Notes under the pieces: generated by a model | Database searches by the model: none | Seen by the model: the letters and a program-made list of their open reading frames with translations, nothing else | Told to the model about the DNA's origin: nothing | Made by a program: the position numbers and the translations under genes | Part shown: positions 18,668 through 27,906 of the stretch, in pieces | How the letters are laid out: each line of letters begins with the position of its first letter | How positions within the stretch are numbered: position 1 is the stretch's first letter | NCBI GenBank assembly: GCA_023666125.1 | Contig: JAMPCN010000005.1 | Location: 30-64,029 of the forward strand | Origin: Bacillus sp. (in: firmicutes) | Lineage (GTDB): Bacteria > Bacillota > Clostridia > Lachnospirales > Lachnospiraceae | Direction: 5' to 3' | Length of the DNA: 64,000 nucleotides

Positions 18668-18909
18668 GATACTATCGCTTTACTCAAAGAATGCAATTCC
18701 GGCACAAAAATGGCTGTCACTTCTATCGACGAGGTACTGGGCAAAGTGCATGATAGCAGTATGAAAAGTTTATTGACAGAAAGCATGTCATGGTTAAAAA
18801 CAAATATATGAATCAGTATCAGGATGCAGACAAAACTTCCAAAGGCATCTGTAAACGGCTGGTTTCTATTGAGGAAGAATTGTGTAAGGATTTGAAAGAT
18901 TATCTGTAA
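18668..18909 (+). pseudogene. Degenerate copy of the 15411-15848 gene
   Basis: High identity to 15423-15848 with two large internal deletions and no start codon. Confidence 0.85.
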
Positions 18910-18960
18910 TGCCTGTCTGACAAGCCATAGACCAGGGCGGTCAATATCTGTGCCGCCCTT

Positions 18961-20358
18961 TTAGTGACCTGTCACAATATTCCGCATCCAGACGCCCTTT
19001 TTCACCAGAATAAATCCGATAATACACTTTATCCAGTCCGCTATCTGCACCATGGCAAAAATCACAATCACAGGAACCGCCGTAAAACGGCTGAGACCAT
19101 AGGCAACCGGAACGCTCACGCACCAGACAAAGACACTGTCAAACAAAAAAGTAACTACCGTTCTTCCACCCGAACGCAGAGTAAAATACGCCGCGTGCAT
19201 AAATGCCGCCTGCGGCATGAAGATTGCCTGTGCAATAATAAACTGTACCGCGACCGCTTTTACGTCATCCGTTGTATTATAAATCTGCGGGAACATAGGC
19301 GCAATGCAAATCATCAAAGCCGCCACGCCAATGCAGCAGAAAACGGAAAAAGCAATAATTTTATTGTCCGTATCGCGCGCTTCTTTCATTTTTCCCGCTC
19401 CTAAAAGCTGCCCGATAATAATTGCCACCGCGTCTCCCATCGCAATAAATACCACATTAAACACGTTATTGATAGTATTGGCAATATTCAGTCCGGCGAT
19501 AACACTGAGTCCTCTCACCGAATAACACTGGGTAAGCATCGCCATACCCGACGACCACAATGTTTCATTAATAAGAAGCGGCGCGCCTTTTACAAAAAAT
19601 TTCCCGGCAAGACGCCCCGGTACTTTCAGGGTCGAATAAACGCCTATCATATAGCGGTTTTTCTCTTTATGCCGATGCGTCCATACAATCACAATCGCCG
19701 CCTCTACATACCTGGAAACCACCGTCGCGATTGCCGCACCCGCAACGCCCATAGCCGGAAGCCCGCACTTCCCGTAAATCAGCAGATAATTCAGGCACAG
19801 ATTGACAAAAACCGCTGCAATGCCTGCTTTCATCGGCACTACCGTTTCTCCGCATTCGCGCAGCGTGCTGACATAAATCTGCACGAACATAAACGCCGGA
19901 AGCCCTAAAAACATAACATGCAGATAATTTTTACCATAATGAAGCGCAGCCGCCAGGTCGCCGCCGTCGCTGCTGCCGTTTAGATACATCTGAATCAGGT
20001 TTTCTCCCAGACCCCATAACAGCAGAACCGCGCCCGCCGTTAAAATAAGCGCCATCCAGAATTTATAGCGGAAAGTCTGTCTGATACCCTCGTCGTCTTT
20101 TTGCCCGAAATACTGCGCCGTAAAAATGCCCGCACCGGCAAGGCCGCCGAAGATACATAGATAATATACCATCAAAAGCTGGTTGACGATGGCGACGCCG
20201 GACATCTGCTCCGTGCCAATCTGCCCTACCATGATATTATCCAGAAGCCCTACAAAATTCGTAATGCCGTTCTGAATCATAATCGGAACCGCCACCGCAA
20301 GCACCATTTTATAAAACGCCTTATCGCCTATGAATTTTTCTCTGATTTTCCCAAACAT
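18961..20358 (-). CDS. MATE efflux transporter
   Basis: LDNIMVGQIG, AQYFG, GVAGAAIAT; ~12 TM. Confidence 0.93.
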   Translation of the reverse strand: MFGKIREKFIGDKAFYKMVLAVAVPIMIQNGITNFVGLLDNIMVGQIGTEQMSGVAIVNQLLMVYYLCIFGGLAGAGIFTAQYFGQKDDEGIRQTFRYKFWMALILTAGAVLLLWGLGENLIQMYLNGSSDGGDLAAALHYGKNYLHVMFLGLPAFMFVQIYVSTLRECGETVVPMKAGIAAVFVNLCLNYLLIYGKCGLPAMGVAGAAIATVVSRYVEAAIVIVWTHRHKEKNRYMIGVYSTLKVPGRLAGKFFVKGAPLLINETLWSSGMAMLTQCYSVRGLSVIAGLNIANTINNVFNVVFIAMGDAVAIIIGQLLGAGKMKEARDTDNKIIAFSVFCCIGVAALMICIAPMFPQIYNTTDDVKAVAVQFIIAQAIFMPQAAFMHAAYFTLRSGGRTVVTFLFDSVFVWCVSVPVAYGLSRFTAVPVIVIFAMVQIADWIKCIIGFILVKKGVWMRNIVTGH

Positions 20359-20469
20359 ATTCGTTACCGTACCTTTTTTACACTGTCCTCTATAGCAAAA
20401 CGCCGTTCCTTTAAACGTGCCTTTTCATTATACCGTAAGCATAAAGAAATGCAAGCAAAACTTTTCATC

Positions 20470-20640
20470 CTAATCCCCGTTTCTGAGCGACTTGTCGCGA
20501 AGAGGCGACGAGAAATTTGCAAATGCGATTTCTCGTCTGCCATCAGGGCTATTTGCTTTCACTCAGAAACAAATAGCCGTGTGAAAAATCAGCACATCAG
20601 TGTGATTTTTCACACTAATCTCCGTTCCGAAGCGTTTTGG
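20470..20640. repeat. Multi-hairpin intergenic element (REP/MITE-like)
   Basis: Three adjacent stems flanked by imperfect direct repeats CTAATCCCCGTTTCTGA / CTAATCTCCGTTCCGA. Confidence 0.5.
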
Positions 20641-20751
20641 CGACGGGGTGACGCAAATATCAAATTTGTGTTATACTATAAAAAGAAGCCATACCTATTT
20701 CCGCTTCGTATGCTTACACTGCATGATAATCAAAACTTGTGGGGATAAATA

Positions 20752-21312
20752 ATGGAAAAAATACGCTGTAAATGGTGCAATTTAAAAAACGAACTGTATG
20801 TTAAGTATCATGACGAGGAATGGGGCGTTCCCACCTATGATGATGAAACGCTTTTTGAGTTTCTCCTTCTGGAACCTTTTCAGGCGGGACTGTCATGGGA
20901 AACCATATTAAACAAACGCCAAAATTTCAGAAAAGCATTTTCCGATTACGATATCGACAAAATATGTCATTACGGGGAAAAGGAAATATCCGAAATGCTG
21001 CAAAACGCATCTATTATACGGAACCGTAAAAAGATTGAAGCCGCAATCAACAATACGAAAATCTTTCGGGATATCCAAAAAGAATGGGGTTCTTTTTCCG
21101 AATACATCTGGCATTTTACAGACCGGAAAATCATATCCGAAACAGGGAAAACATACTCTGCGCTGTCCGATGAAATTGCAAAAGACATGAAAAAAAGAGG
21201 CATGAAATTTATCGGCACAACGACCGTTTATGCCTATTTACAGTCAATCGGCATTATTCATTCGCATGACGCGGACTGCTTTATGAATCAGAAAAATGAG
21301 AAGGAGGCATAG
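20752..21312 (+). CDS. tag: DNA-3-methyladenine glycosylase I
   Basis: RCKWC, YHDEEWG, FQAGLSWETILNKR, IIRNRKKI, HDADC. Confidence 0.95.
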   Translation: MEKIRCKWCNLKNELYVKYHDEEWGVPTYDDETLFEFLLLEPFQAGLSWETILNKRQNFRKAFSDYDIDKICHYGEKEISEMLQNASIIRNRKKIEAAINNTKIFRDIQKEWGSFSEYIWHFTDRKIISETGKTYSALSDEIAKDMKKRGMKFIGTTTVYAYLQSIGIIHSHDADCFMNQKNEKEA

Positions 21313-21327
21313 GACGCCGTGATTTCC

Positions 21328-22467
21328 TTAATTTTCAAAAGTATCTGCAACCTGCTCTAAAAGCATTCTAATTTCTAAATGCTGCGGGCAGGTTTTTTCA
21401 CATTTGCCACACTTGATACAGTCGCTTGCTTTCCCATGTCCCTGCGTATGTACCTGATTATAATAATAATCGCTGTTCCAGTCATGGTATTGTTTTTTCG
21501 CATTCATATCTGCAAATAAATCCGGTATCAATATCTTTTTGGAACATCCGTCTATACAATACCGACAGGCAGTACATGGAATTAAATTCTGTGCTTTGAA
21601 TATTTTGCATACCTTTTCTATGGCAGCATATTCCGCATCATTAAGCGGCTGAAAATCTTTCATGGCTTTGACATTATCCTGCATCTGCTCTAAACTGCTC
21701 ATTCCCGAAAGCACCATAAATACCTGGTTACAGCTTGCCGCAAAACGGATTGCAAATCCAGCGTTGCTGGCTTTACCGACATTACTTCCACCGCCCAGAC
21801 TTCTCAAAATTTTGTCTGCTTCAGGCGGGAGATTTGCAAGGCTGCCGCCCTTGACAGGCTCCATAACAACAACGGGCTTGTTATGTTTTTCACATACTTC
21901 AAGACATTTCCTGCTCTGCACGCCGGGGTCATTATAATCTACATAATTAAGCTGAATCTGCACCAGTTCAACCTCCGGATGCTCCGTTAAAATCATATCC
22001 AAATATTCGGCATTATCATGAAATGACAGACCAACGTGTCTGATTTTTCCCTCTGCCTTTAATTCCTGTGCCACTTCATAGGCACGGTACTTTTTGTATT
22101 TCTCATAATTCACTTTTCCCTGCGCGTGCATTAAATAATAATCAAAATAAGAAACCCCGCAAGTGGCAAGCTGTTCCTCAAAGACCTTTCTAATATCATT
22201 TTCACTATCGAAAAAGGTCATCGTCAACTTGTCGGTAAGCGTAAAGCTTTCCCTCGGATAACGCTTTACAACGCACTCCCTAATCGCTGCTTCACTTAAA
22301 CCTCCAAGATAACCTTTTGCCGTATCAAAATAAGTAAACCCCGCCTCCATGAAAGCATCTACCATACGGTTACATTCTTCAAAGTCAATATCTTCACCCT
22401 GCATTGGCAGACGCATACAACCGAAACCGAATTTTTTACTGTTTTTTACAAAGTCCTGTTCCATCAT
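21328..22467 (-). CDS. Aldo/keto reductase with C-terminal Fe-S dicluster
   Basis: GFGCMRLP, FDTAKGY, MEPVKGG, CTACRYC, CIKCGKCEKTCPQ. Confidence 0.92.
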   Translation of the reverse strand: MMEQDFVKNSKKFGFGCMRLPMQGEDIDFEECNRMVDAFMEAGFTYFDTAKGYLGGLSEAAIRECVVKRYPRESFTLTDKLTMTFFDSENDIRKVFEEQLATCGVSYFDYYLMHAQGKVNYEKYKKYRAYEVAQELKAEGKIRHVGLSFHDNAEYLDMILTEHPEVELVQIQLNYVDYNDPGVQSRKCLEVCEKHNKPVVVMEPVKGGSLANLPPEADKILRSLGGGSNVGKASNAGFAIRFAASCNQVFMVLSGMSSLEQMQDNVKAMKDFQPLNDAEYAAIEKVCKIFKAQNLIPCTACRYCIDGCSKKILIPDLFADMNAKKQYHDWNSDYYYNQVHTQGHGKASDCIKCGKCEKTCPQHLEIRMLLEQVADTFEN

Positions 22468-22489
22468 ATCTCTGCTCCCTTCACTATGC

Positions 22490-23338
22490 TTACTTTTCCG
22501 GCTTCAACGCCCCATAAAAATAACTTGCCGTTGCTCCGCCGTCAATCAGAAAATCCGCCCCTGTGATAAAAGCTCCTGCCGGACTCATCAAAAGCTCTGC
22601 CACATTTGCAACCTCATCTGCCGTACCCGGTCTGCCTGCCGGACATTTTGCAAACATATTTTTATAGAAATCCCCACGGGGTCCGTTAAATTCATCAATG
22701 GCAAGCGGCGTCACAATAATGCCCGGAGAAATGGAATTGAGCCTTGCGCCTCTTTCTCCCCACTTTACGGACTGTGCCATCACACGCTTTTCATTACAGC
22801 GTTTCGCCATCTGGTATGCGTGAAGTGTATCATTGATATTTTCCGGCTGTAATATTTCAAGGCTCAACAATTCTTCCGTCGGCGTTATGGCAAGCTGTTC
22901 GTCCTCCTCTGGTGTGAGCTGTTTCATCCGATGTCCCGACTGGCTGGAAATCGTCACGCCGACGCCGCCCTCCGCAATTACTTTTCCGACTTCTTCTAAT
23001 AATACAGCGGTACCATATAAATCTACTTTTAATATGGCTTCAATGGGCGCCTGGCTCGGCGACACTCCCGCCGCATTGACAAGCATTTTAATTTCGCCGT
23101 AACTTAACGCCTTATCTATCAGTTTTAAGATTGACTCCCGTGACGATAAATCCATTTCCACAGGTTCTACATCAAACCCCGCGTTATTCATAACTTCCGC
23201 AATCGCTTTCGCATTTTCCGGATTCTTATCGCCCATGACAATCTTTTTTCCATATCCCATACGCCTTGCAATCGCCATTCCAATCTGACCTGCTCCGGTT
23301 AAAATCATAACCTCACATTTCTTTGCATTATTTTTCAT
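22490..23338 (-). CDS. SDR family oxidoreductase
   Basis: TGAGQIG, VNAAG, YQMAK (YxxxK), ITGADFLIDGG. Confidence 0.92.
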   Translation of the reverse strand: MKNNAKKCEVMILTGAGQIGMAIARRMGYGKKIVMGDKNPENAKAIAEVMNNAGFDVEPVEMDLSSRESILKLIDKALSYGEIKMLVNAAGVSPSQAPIEAILKVDLYGTAVLLEEVGKVIAEGGVGVTISSQSGHRMKQLTPEEDEQLAITPTEELLSLEILQPENINDTLHAYQMAKRCNEKRVMAQSVKWGERGARLNSISPGIIVTPLAIDEFNGPRGDFYKNMFAKCPAGRPGTADEVANVAELLMSPAGAFITGADFLIDGGATASYFYGALKPEK

Positions 23339-23354
23339 TGATACCGCATCCTTT

Positions 23355-23861
23355 CTACGCTTCCAGCCACTTTTTCAAATCAGCATCGCATCTGCCTACG
23401 CTGCTCCCCTGAATTGCCAGCCCTTTCTTAATGACCGCGCCCGGACAACATTTTTTCAAATCCGCTTCGCTTTTACCCATGCCGCTGCCCTCATGCGTAC
23501 ATACCGGACGGACTGTTTTTCCCTCGAAATTAATCTGTTCAAGAACGGTAAACATATGCATCGGCATCGTTCCCCAGTAATTCGGATACATAACCGTTAT
23601 CAAATCATACTGTGACATATTTTCCGGCATTGCCACAACTTCCGGACGCGTACCGCTCTGTAAATCCTTTTTTGCCTGTTCAATACAGGTATTATAATCT
23701 GCGGAATATGGTTTTACAGGTTCAACCTTAAATAAATCCGCGCCTGTCATGGCTGCCGCTTTTTCGGCAACAACTTCGGTGTTGCCTTTCTCAATATATT
23801 TCAGACTGCCGCCAAAATAATTTTCATCTGCCCTCGAAAAATATAAAATAAGTTCTTTCAT
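23355..23861 (-). CDS. Flavodoxin
   Basis: YFSRADENY..GNT, YPNYWGTMP, CTHEGSG. Confidence 0.92.
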   Translation of the reverse strand: MKELILYFSRADENYFGGSLKYIEKGNTEVVAEKAAAMTGADLFKVEPVKPYSADYNTCIEQAKKDLQSGTRPEVVAMPENMSQYDLITVMYPNYWGTMPMHMFTVLEQINFEGKTVRPVCTHEGSGMGKSEADLKKCCPGAVIKKGLAIQGSSVGRCDADLKKWLEA

Positions 23862-23968
23862 GATGTTCCTCCAATCAAATATACTTTTTATACTTGTATT
23901 TTAATCAGAAAAACCGTATGAATCAATTCGATTTGCAGCGATAATCAATAAGTTTTTCTTATGCAAAG

Positions 23969-24028
23969 TTATCTTTTAAAATCTCCGCAGCGGACAACCG
24001 CCTGAAAGTATTTTATCTGTTTTAACAT
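23969..24028 (-). pseudogene. Truncated LysR-family regulator remnant
   Basis: GGAGG SD then MLKQIKYFQAVVRCGDFKR*, which resembles a LysR HTH N-terminus. Confidence 0.65.
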
Positions 24029-24075
24029 GCTGTTCCTCCTAATAGAATGGATAATATAAATAGCCTAAAAAGAAT

Positions 24076-24130
24076 AAAAGCGATGACAAAACGGCCACAA
24101 ATATGCGTACCGTTTTGTTATCGCTTTTTA
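24076..24130 (-). terminator. Terminator of the short flagellin gene
   Basis: TAAAAGCGATGACAAAACGG...CCGTTTTGTTATCGCTTTTA. Confidence 0.7.
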
Positions 24131-24143
24131 CACAATTATAAAC

Positions 24144-24917
24144 TTACTGGAACAGTCTGGTTACCATGCCTTCCTGCTCTCTTTGCTTTTTCTGCGCCAT
24201 AATCTGATACTCAAATAAAAGTTCGCGCTTCTGTTTCTCCGAAACCGCTTTCGGGATATCCAAATCCTCTAAACGGCTTCTGGAACTAAGCTGCTCCAAA
24301 GAAGCGGACATATTATAATTATAAGTATGCTCGAGACGGTTCGTCGATGCGCCAAGGCTGCTGCGCCGTGAAGATACCATCTGCATTGCCTTGTCAATAG
24401 CATCCAGGCTGAAATCATCAGAAGTTACATCAAAGTCCGCAATGCCAAGCGCCTCCAGTGTGGAATTTTCCATCTGGATTTTAACGCCGCCCCCGTTGGG
24501 ATTGGTCGCCAGATTCATATCCGCCATACTGCCGTCCAACAGCTTCTGCTCATTTAAAGAAGTGTCTTTTGCTAATGACTGGATTCCCTCTTTTAGCTGG
24601 TTAATTTCATTCTGATAAATTTCCTTATCGGAATCGGAATTGAGTCCGTTCATGGACTTTAAAGCCAGTTCACGGATTCTTTGCAGATAATCCGTTACAC
24701 CTCCCAATGCGCCATCCGCTACATTCAAAACGCCGATACCGTCCTGCGCATTCTGTGCGCCGACACGGAGACCGGTCTCCTCCCGCTGCATTTTCTGCGC
24801 AATCGCAAGACCCGACGCATCATCCGCCGCCGTATTAATTCTCTTTCCACTGGAAAGATGGGAATAAGAATTAAAAAGTCCGCTGCCGATTGACATAGTA
24901 CTCATATATAACCGCAC
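24144..24917 (-). CDS. Short flagellin-like protein (no variable domain, truncated N-terminus)
   Basis: LSSGKRINTAADDASGLAI, LQRIRELA, RSSLGASTNRLEH; ~253-257 aa. Confidence 0.88.
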   Translation of the reverse strand: MRLYMSTMSIGSGLFNSYSHLSSGKRINTAADDASGLAIAQKMQREETGLRVGAQNAQDGIGVLNVADGALGGVTDYLQRIRELALKSMNGLNSDSDKEIYQNEINQLKEGIQSLAKDTSLNEQKLLDGSMADMNLATNPNGGGVKIQMENSTLEALGIADFDVTSDDFSLDAIDKAMQMVSSRRSSLGASTNRLEHTYNYNMSASLEQLSSRSRLEDLDIPKAVSEKQKRELLFEYQIMAQKKQREQEGMVTRLFQ

Positions 24918-24940
24918 CTCCTATTCTATCTATCAATAGT

Positions 24941-25714
24941 TTACTGATTCAATTCATTAATGGTAATGGTAAGCTGGGAAAGCCTGTCGTTGATTTCCTT
25001 GCTGGTCTCCGCCATACCGCTTGCCAGTTTCTGCACTTCCGCCGCAACAACCGCAAAACCTTTACCGGTTTCTCCGGCACGCGCAGCCTCGATAGAAGCA
25101 TTTAACGCCAACATGTTCTGTCTCTTACTGAATGCCGCAATCTGAGACGTGCTTGTATTTGCTCCATCTATTTCCTCCGCCGCCTTTGCAATACCGTTAC
25201 GGAGTTTTACCAGCATCTTATCATTTACCTGCTCCTGATAGCTGGAACGCACATACATATTGATAACGTCGCCGAGCAGATTAGCGGATGCCTCAATCTG
25301 CTCCCTTGTCTTAACGTTTACTTTATGCAGCGCATTAATATATGTATCCTCATCAATTCCAAGTTCTCTCGCCGTCGCCCTGAATTTCTCGTCGTCCGGA
25401 TTCTCCGGCAGAACCTGCCCGCCGATTACACTGCCTAACACCGTACCGTCGCTTAACGTAATCGGGATTCCAAAATCCACTAACCCTGCATGACAGGAGT
25501 ATACGCCTTTCCCTTCCTGGTCACATTTTTCACAGCGTCTGCATCCCTCTTTGCTTCCACGCGTCAGTTTAATGCAAAAATCCGTGAAGTTATAGCATTC
25601 ACTGATATACTTTCCGTCCGCGCCTACCGCTACCGTAGCCAAACCTGTACTCTTTGCCCAGTTATCCATAATGCTTTCAAATTTCTTCATGTCGCAGAAA
25701 TCTTCTATTCTCAT
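24941..25714 (-). CDS. Soluble chemoreceptor: PocR sensor + MCP signalling hairpin
   Basis: [23 protein letters not shown] (PocR); [25 protein letters not shown]; start at MRIEDF after SD. Confidence 0.9.
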   Translation of the reverse strand: MRIEDFCDMKKFESIMDNWAKSTGLATVAVGADGKYISECYNFTDFCIKLTRGSKEGCRRCEKCDQEGKGVYSCHAGLVDFGIPITLSDGTVLGSVIGGQVLPENPDDEKFRATARELGIDEDTYINALHKVNVKTREQIEASANLLGDVINMYVRSSYQEQVNDKMLVKLRNGIAKAAEEIDGANTSTSQIAAFSKRQNMLALNASIEAARAGETGKGFAVVAAEVQKLASGMAETSKEINDRLSQLTITINELNQ

Positions 25715-25839
25715 ACTTTTCTCCTTTTCGCAAGTATATTTTGTATTATTGGTTGAGAATTGCAGACTATATGTCATTTTTATTTTATCATCCCATCATA
25801 AAAATGTAAAGAATCTAAATGCAATCCGCGCATTTAGTT

Positions 25840-27705
25840 TTATTCATCGCCAAAATAGAACTTTTCACGGATGCCGCCCGTATATTCCAAAATAGCGTCT
25901 AAAAAGCGTTCCCCATAGCGCGCGAATTTATTTTCGCCGACTCCCGTAACTTTTAACATCTCCTTTTTCGTAAGCGGCGCTTTGATGCACATATCTACCA
26001 GCGTCTTATCCGCAAATATAATATACGGCGGCATGTTTTCTTCTTTTGCAATGGTTGTGCGCAGCTCTCTAAGCTGTTCAAACAACTCCAGTCCTCTGGA
26101 ATTTAAAATATCGGAACGCCTCGTTTTTGTGGAAACTGTCTTTTCTGTTTCTTCTTTCGTTTCTTTTACCTTTTTCATTATGACACTCCTGTCGTTATTT
26201 AAAATATCCTGCGCCGCAGGCGATACTTTTATAAGAGCATACTTATCATTTGTCACAAAAAGCAGTTCTTCTATTATCATCTGGTTAATAATCTGTTTGA
26301 TTTCCATTTCTTTCATTGGTTTTAACGCCGCATAAGACTGATAGGAAAACATACCGTATTCCTGCAGCTTGGCGCGTTCCGCCCCTGCCAGCATCCCCGC
26401 AATGACATTGATGCCGTAACGCTGCTTCACTTCCAGGACGCAGGATATAATCGTTTTGGCCGTTTGTGTGATATCCGTTTCTTCGTATTCCCTGAGGCAG
26501 TTTAAACAATTCCCACAGGCCGCGCTGCCGCTTTCCCCGAAATAACGCAGGATATATTCCCGCAGACAGTTTGTCGTCGCGCAGTAGTATGTCATAGCGC
26601 GCAGCCTCTCCTCATCCCGCTCTCTGACAGCCTCCGCTTCTTCCTGCGTATATTCCACATTCTGTTCCTTATTATCCAGCAAAAAACGGTTAATGACAAC
26701 ATCCTGCGCCGAATAAAGCAGGATACATTCCGCCTTTTCTCCATCCCGGCCGGCACGCCCCGCCTCCTGGTAATAATTTTCCAAACTCTGCGGCATGTTA
26801 TAATGAATCACATAACGGACATTGGATTTGTCAATGCCCATCCCGAAAGCGTTTGTCGCCACCATGACCGGATTATTGTCGTAAATAAAATCCTCCTGGT
26901 TTTTCTTCCGCTCTTCCGCGGTCAGCCCCGCGTGGTACCTCGTTACCGCAATATTTTCCTCCTGTAATTTCTGATAGAGCGTATCCACGTTCTTTCTGGT
27001 AGCGCAGTAAATAATGCCGCTCTGCGATGTATGTTCTTTGATATAATTTATGACATATGTGTCTTTTTTCTTGGGCATCTCTACGGCAAAGTAGAGATTT
27101 CCACGGTCGAATCCGGTGACAAGCACGTCGGGAGCCGTCAGTCCAAGCACACAGATAATATCTTCTTTGACATTTTCCGTCGCCGTTGCCGTAAAGGCAC
27201 TGATAACCGGCCGTTTGGGAAGTTTTTTAATAAACTGCACAATTTTTAGATAGCTGGGGCGAAAATCCTGCCCCCACTGCGAAATACAATGCGCCTCGTC
27301 CACCGTCAGCATGGAGATTTCCACACGTTCCGCAAAGGCCAGAAATTCATGTGTTTCCAAACGCTCCGGCGCCACATAAATGATTTTATACTGCCCACCG
27401 GCCGCTAACCGTAAAGCTTTGGCAATCTGGGCATCACTTAAGGAACTATTGATAAACGCGGCATGAACGCCCGCCTGATTTAACGCCTGCACCTGGTCTT
27501 TCATCAGGGAAATAAGCGGCGACACAACAAGCGTAATGCCCGGCATAAGAAGCGCCGGAACCTGATAGCAGATAGATTTTCCCGCCCCGGTCGGCATGAT
27601 GCCCAATACATCCCGCCCCTCTAAAATACTGTCAATCAGCGTTTCCTGTCCTTGTCTGAATGTTGAATAGCCAAAATATTTCTTTAGTGCCTCAATTTTA
27701 TCCAT
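25840..27705 (-). CDS. recQ: DNA helicase RecQ
   Basis: MPTGAGKS, DEAHCISQWGQDFRP, ATNAFGMGIDK, QEAGRAGRDG, RQC and HRDC regions. Confidence 0.96.
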   Translation of the reverse strand: MDKIEALKKYFGYSTFRQGQETLIDSILEGRDVLGIMPTGAGKSICYQVPALLMPGITLVVSPLISLMKDQVQALNQAGVHAAFINSSLSDAQIAKALRLAAGGQYKIIYVAPERLETHEFLAFAERVEISMLTVDEAHCISQWGQDFRPSYLKIVQFIKKLPKRPVISAFTATATENVKEDIICVLGLTAPDVLVTGFDRGNLYFAVEMPKKKDTYVINYIKEHTSQSGIIYCATRKNVDTLYQKLQEENIAVTRYHAGLTAEERKKNQEDFIYDNNPVMVATNAFGMGIDKSNVRYVIHYNMPQSLENYYQEAGRAGRDGEKAECILLYSAQDVVINRFLLDNKEQNVEYTQEEAEAVRERDEERLRAMTYYCATTNCLREYILRYFGESGSAACGNCLNCLREYEETDITQTAKTIISCVLEVKQRYGINVIAGMLAGAERAKLQEYGMFSYQSYAALKPMKEMEIKQIINQMIIEELLFVTNDKYALIKVSPAAQDILNNDRSVIMKKVKETKEETEKTVSTKTRRSDILNSRGLELFEQLRELRTTIAKEENMPPYIIFADKTLVDMCIKAPLTKKEMLKVTGVGENKFARYGERFLDAILEYTGGIREKFYFGDE

Positions 27706-27784
27706 CCTGTCCTCTCTTATCTTTCTTTTCTTATATCACCCATATTTCTAATCATACTATAAAATGGCGCGTATGTCAGTAAAA

Positions 27785-27834
27785 AATCGTCGTGAGGAAC
27801 CGACGATTACAAGAATTTGCATAGCAAATTCTTG
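27785..27834. repeat. Twin-hairpin REP-like intergenic element
   Basis: AATCGTCG..CGACGATT and CAAGAATTTGC-ata-GCAAATTCTTG. Confidence 0.5.
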
Positions 27835-27906
27835 ATTCCTTTTTCCATCAACGGTATAATAAGAAAAGTAAAGCAGTCAGAATATACCGTATAAAGGGGC
27901 AACGGA

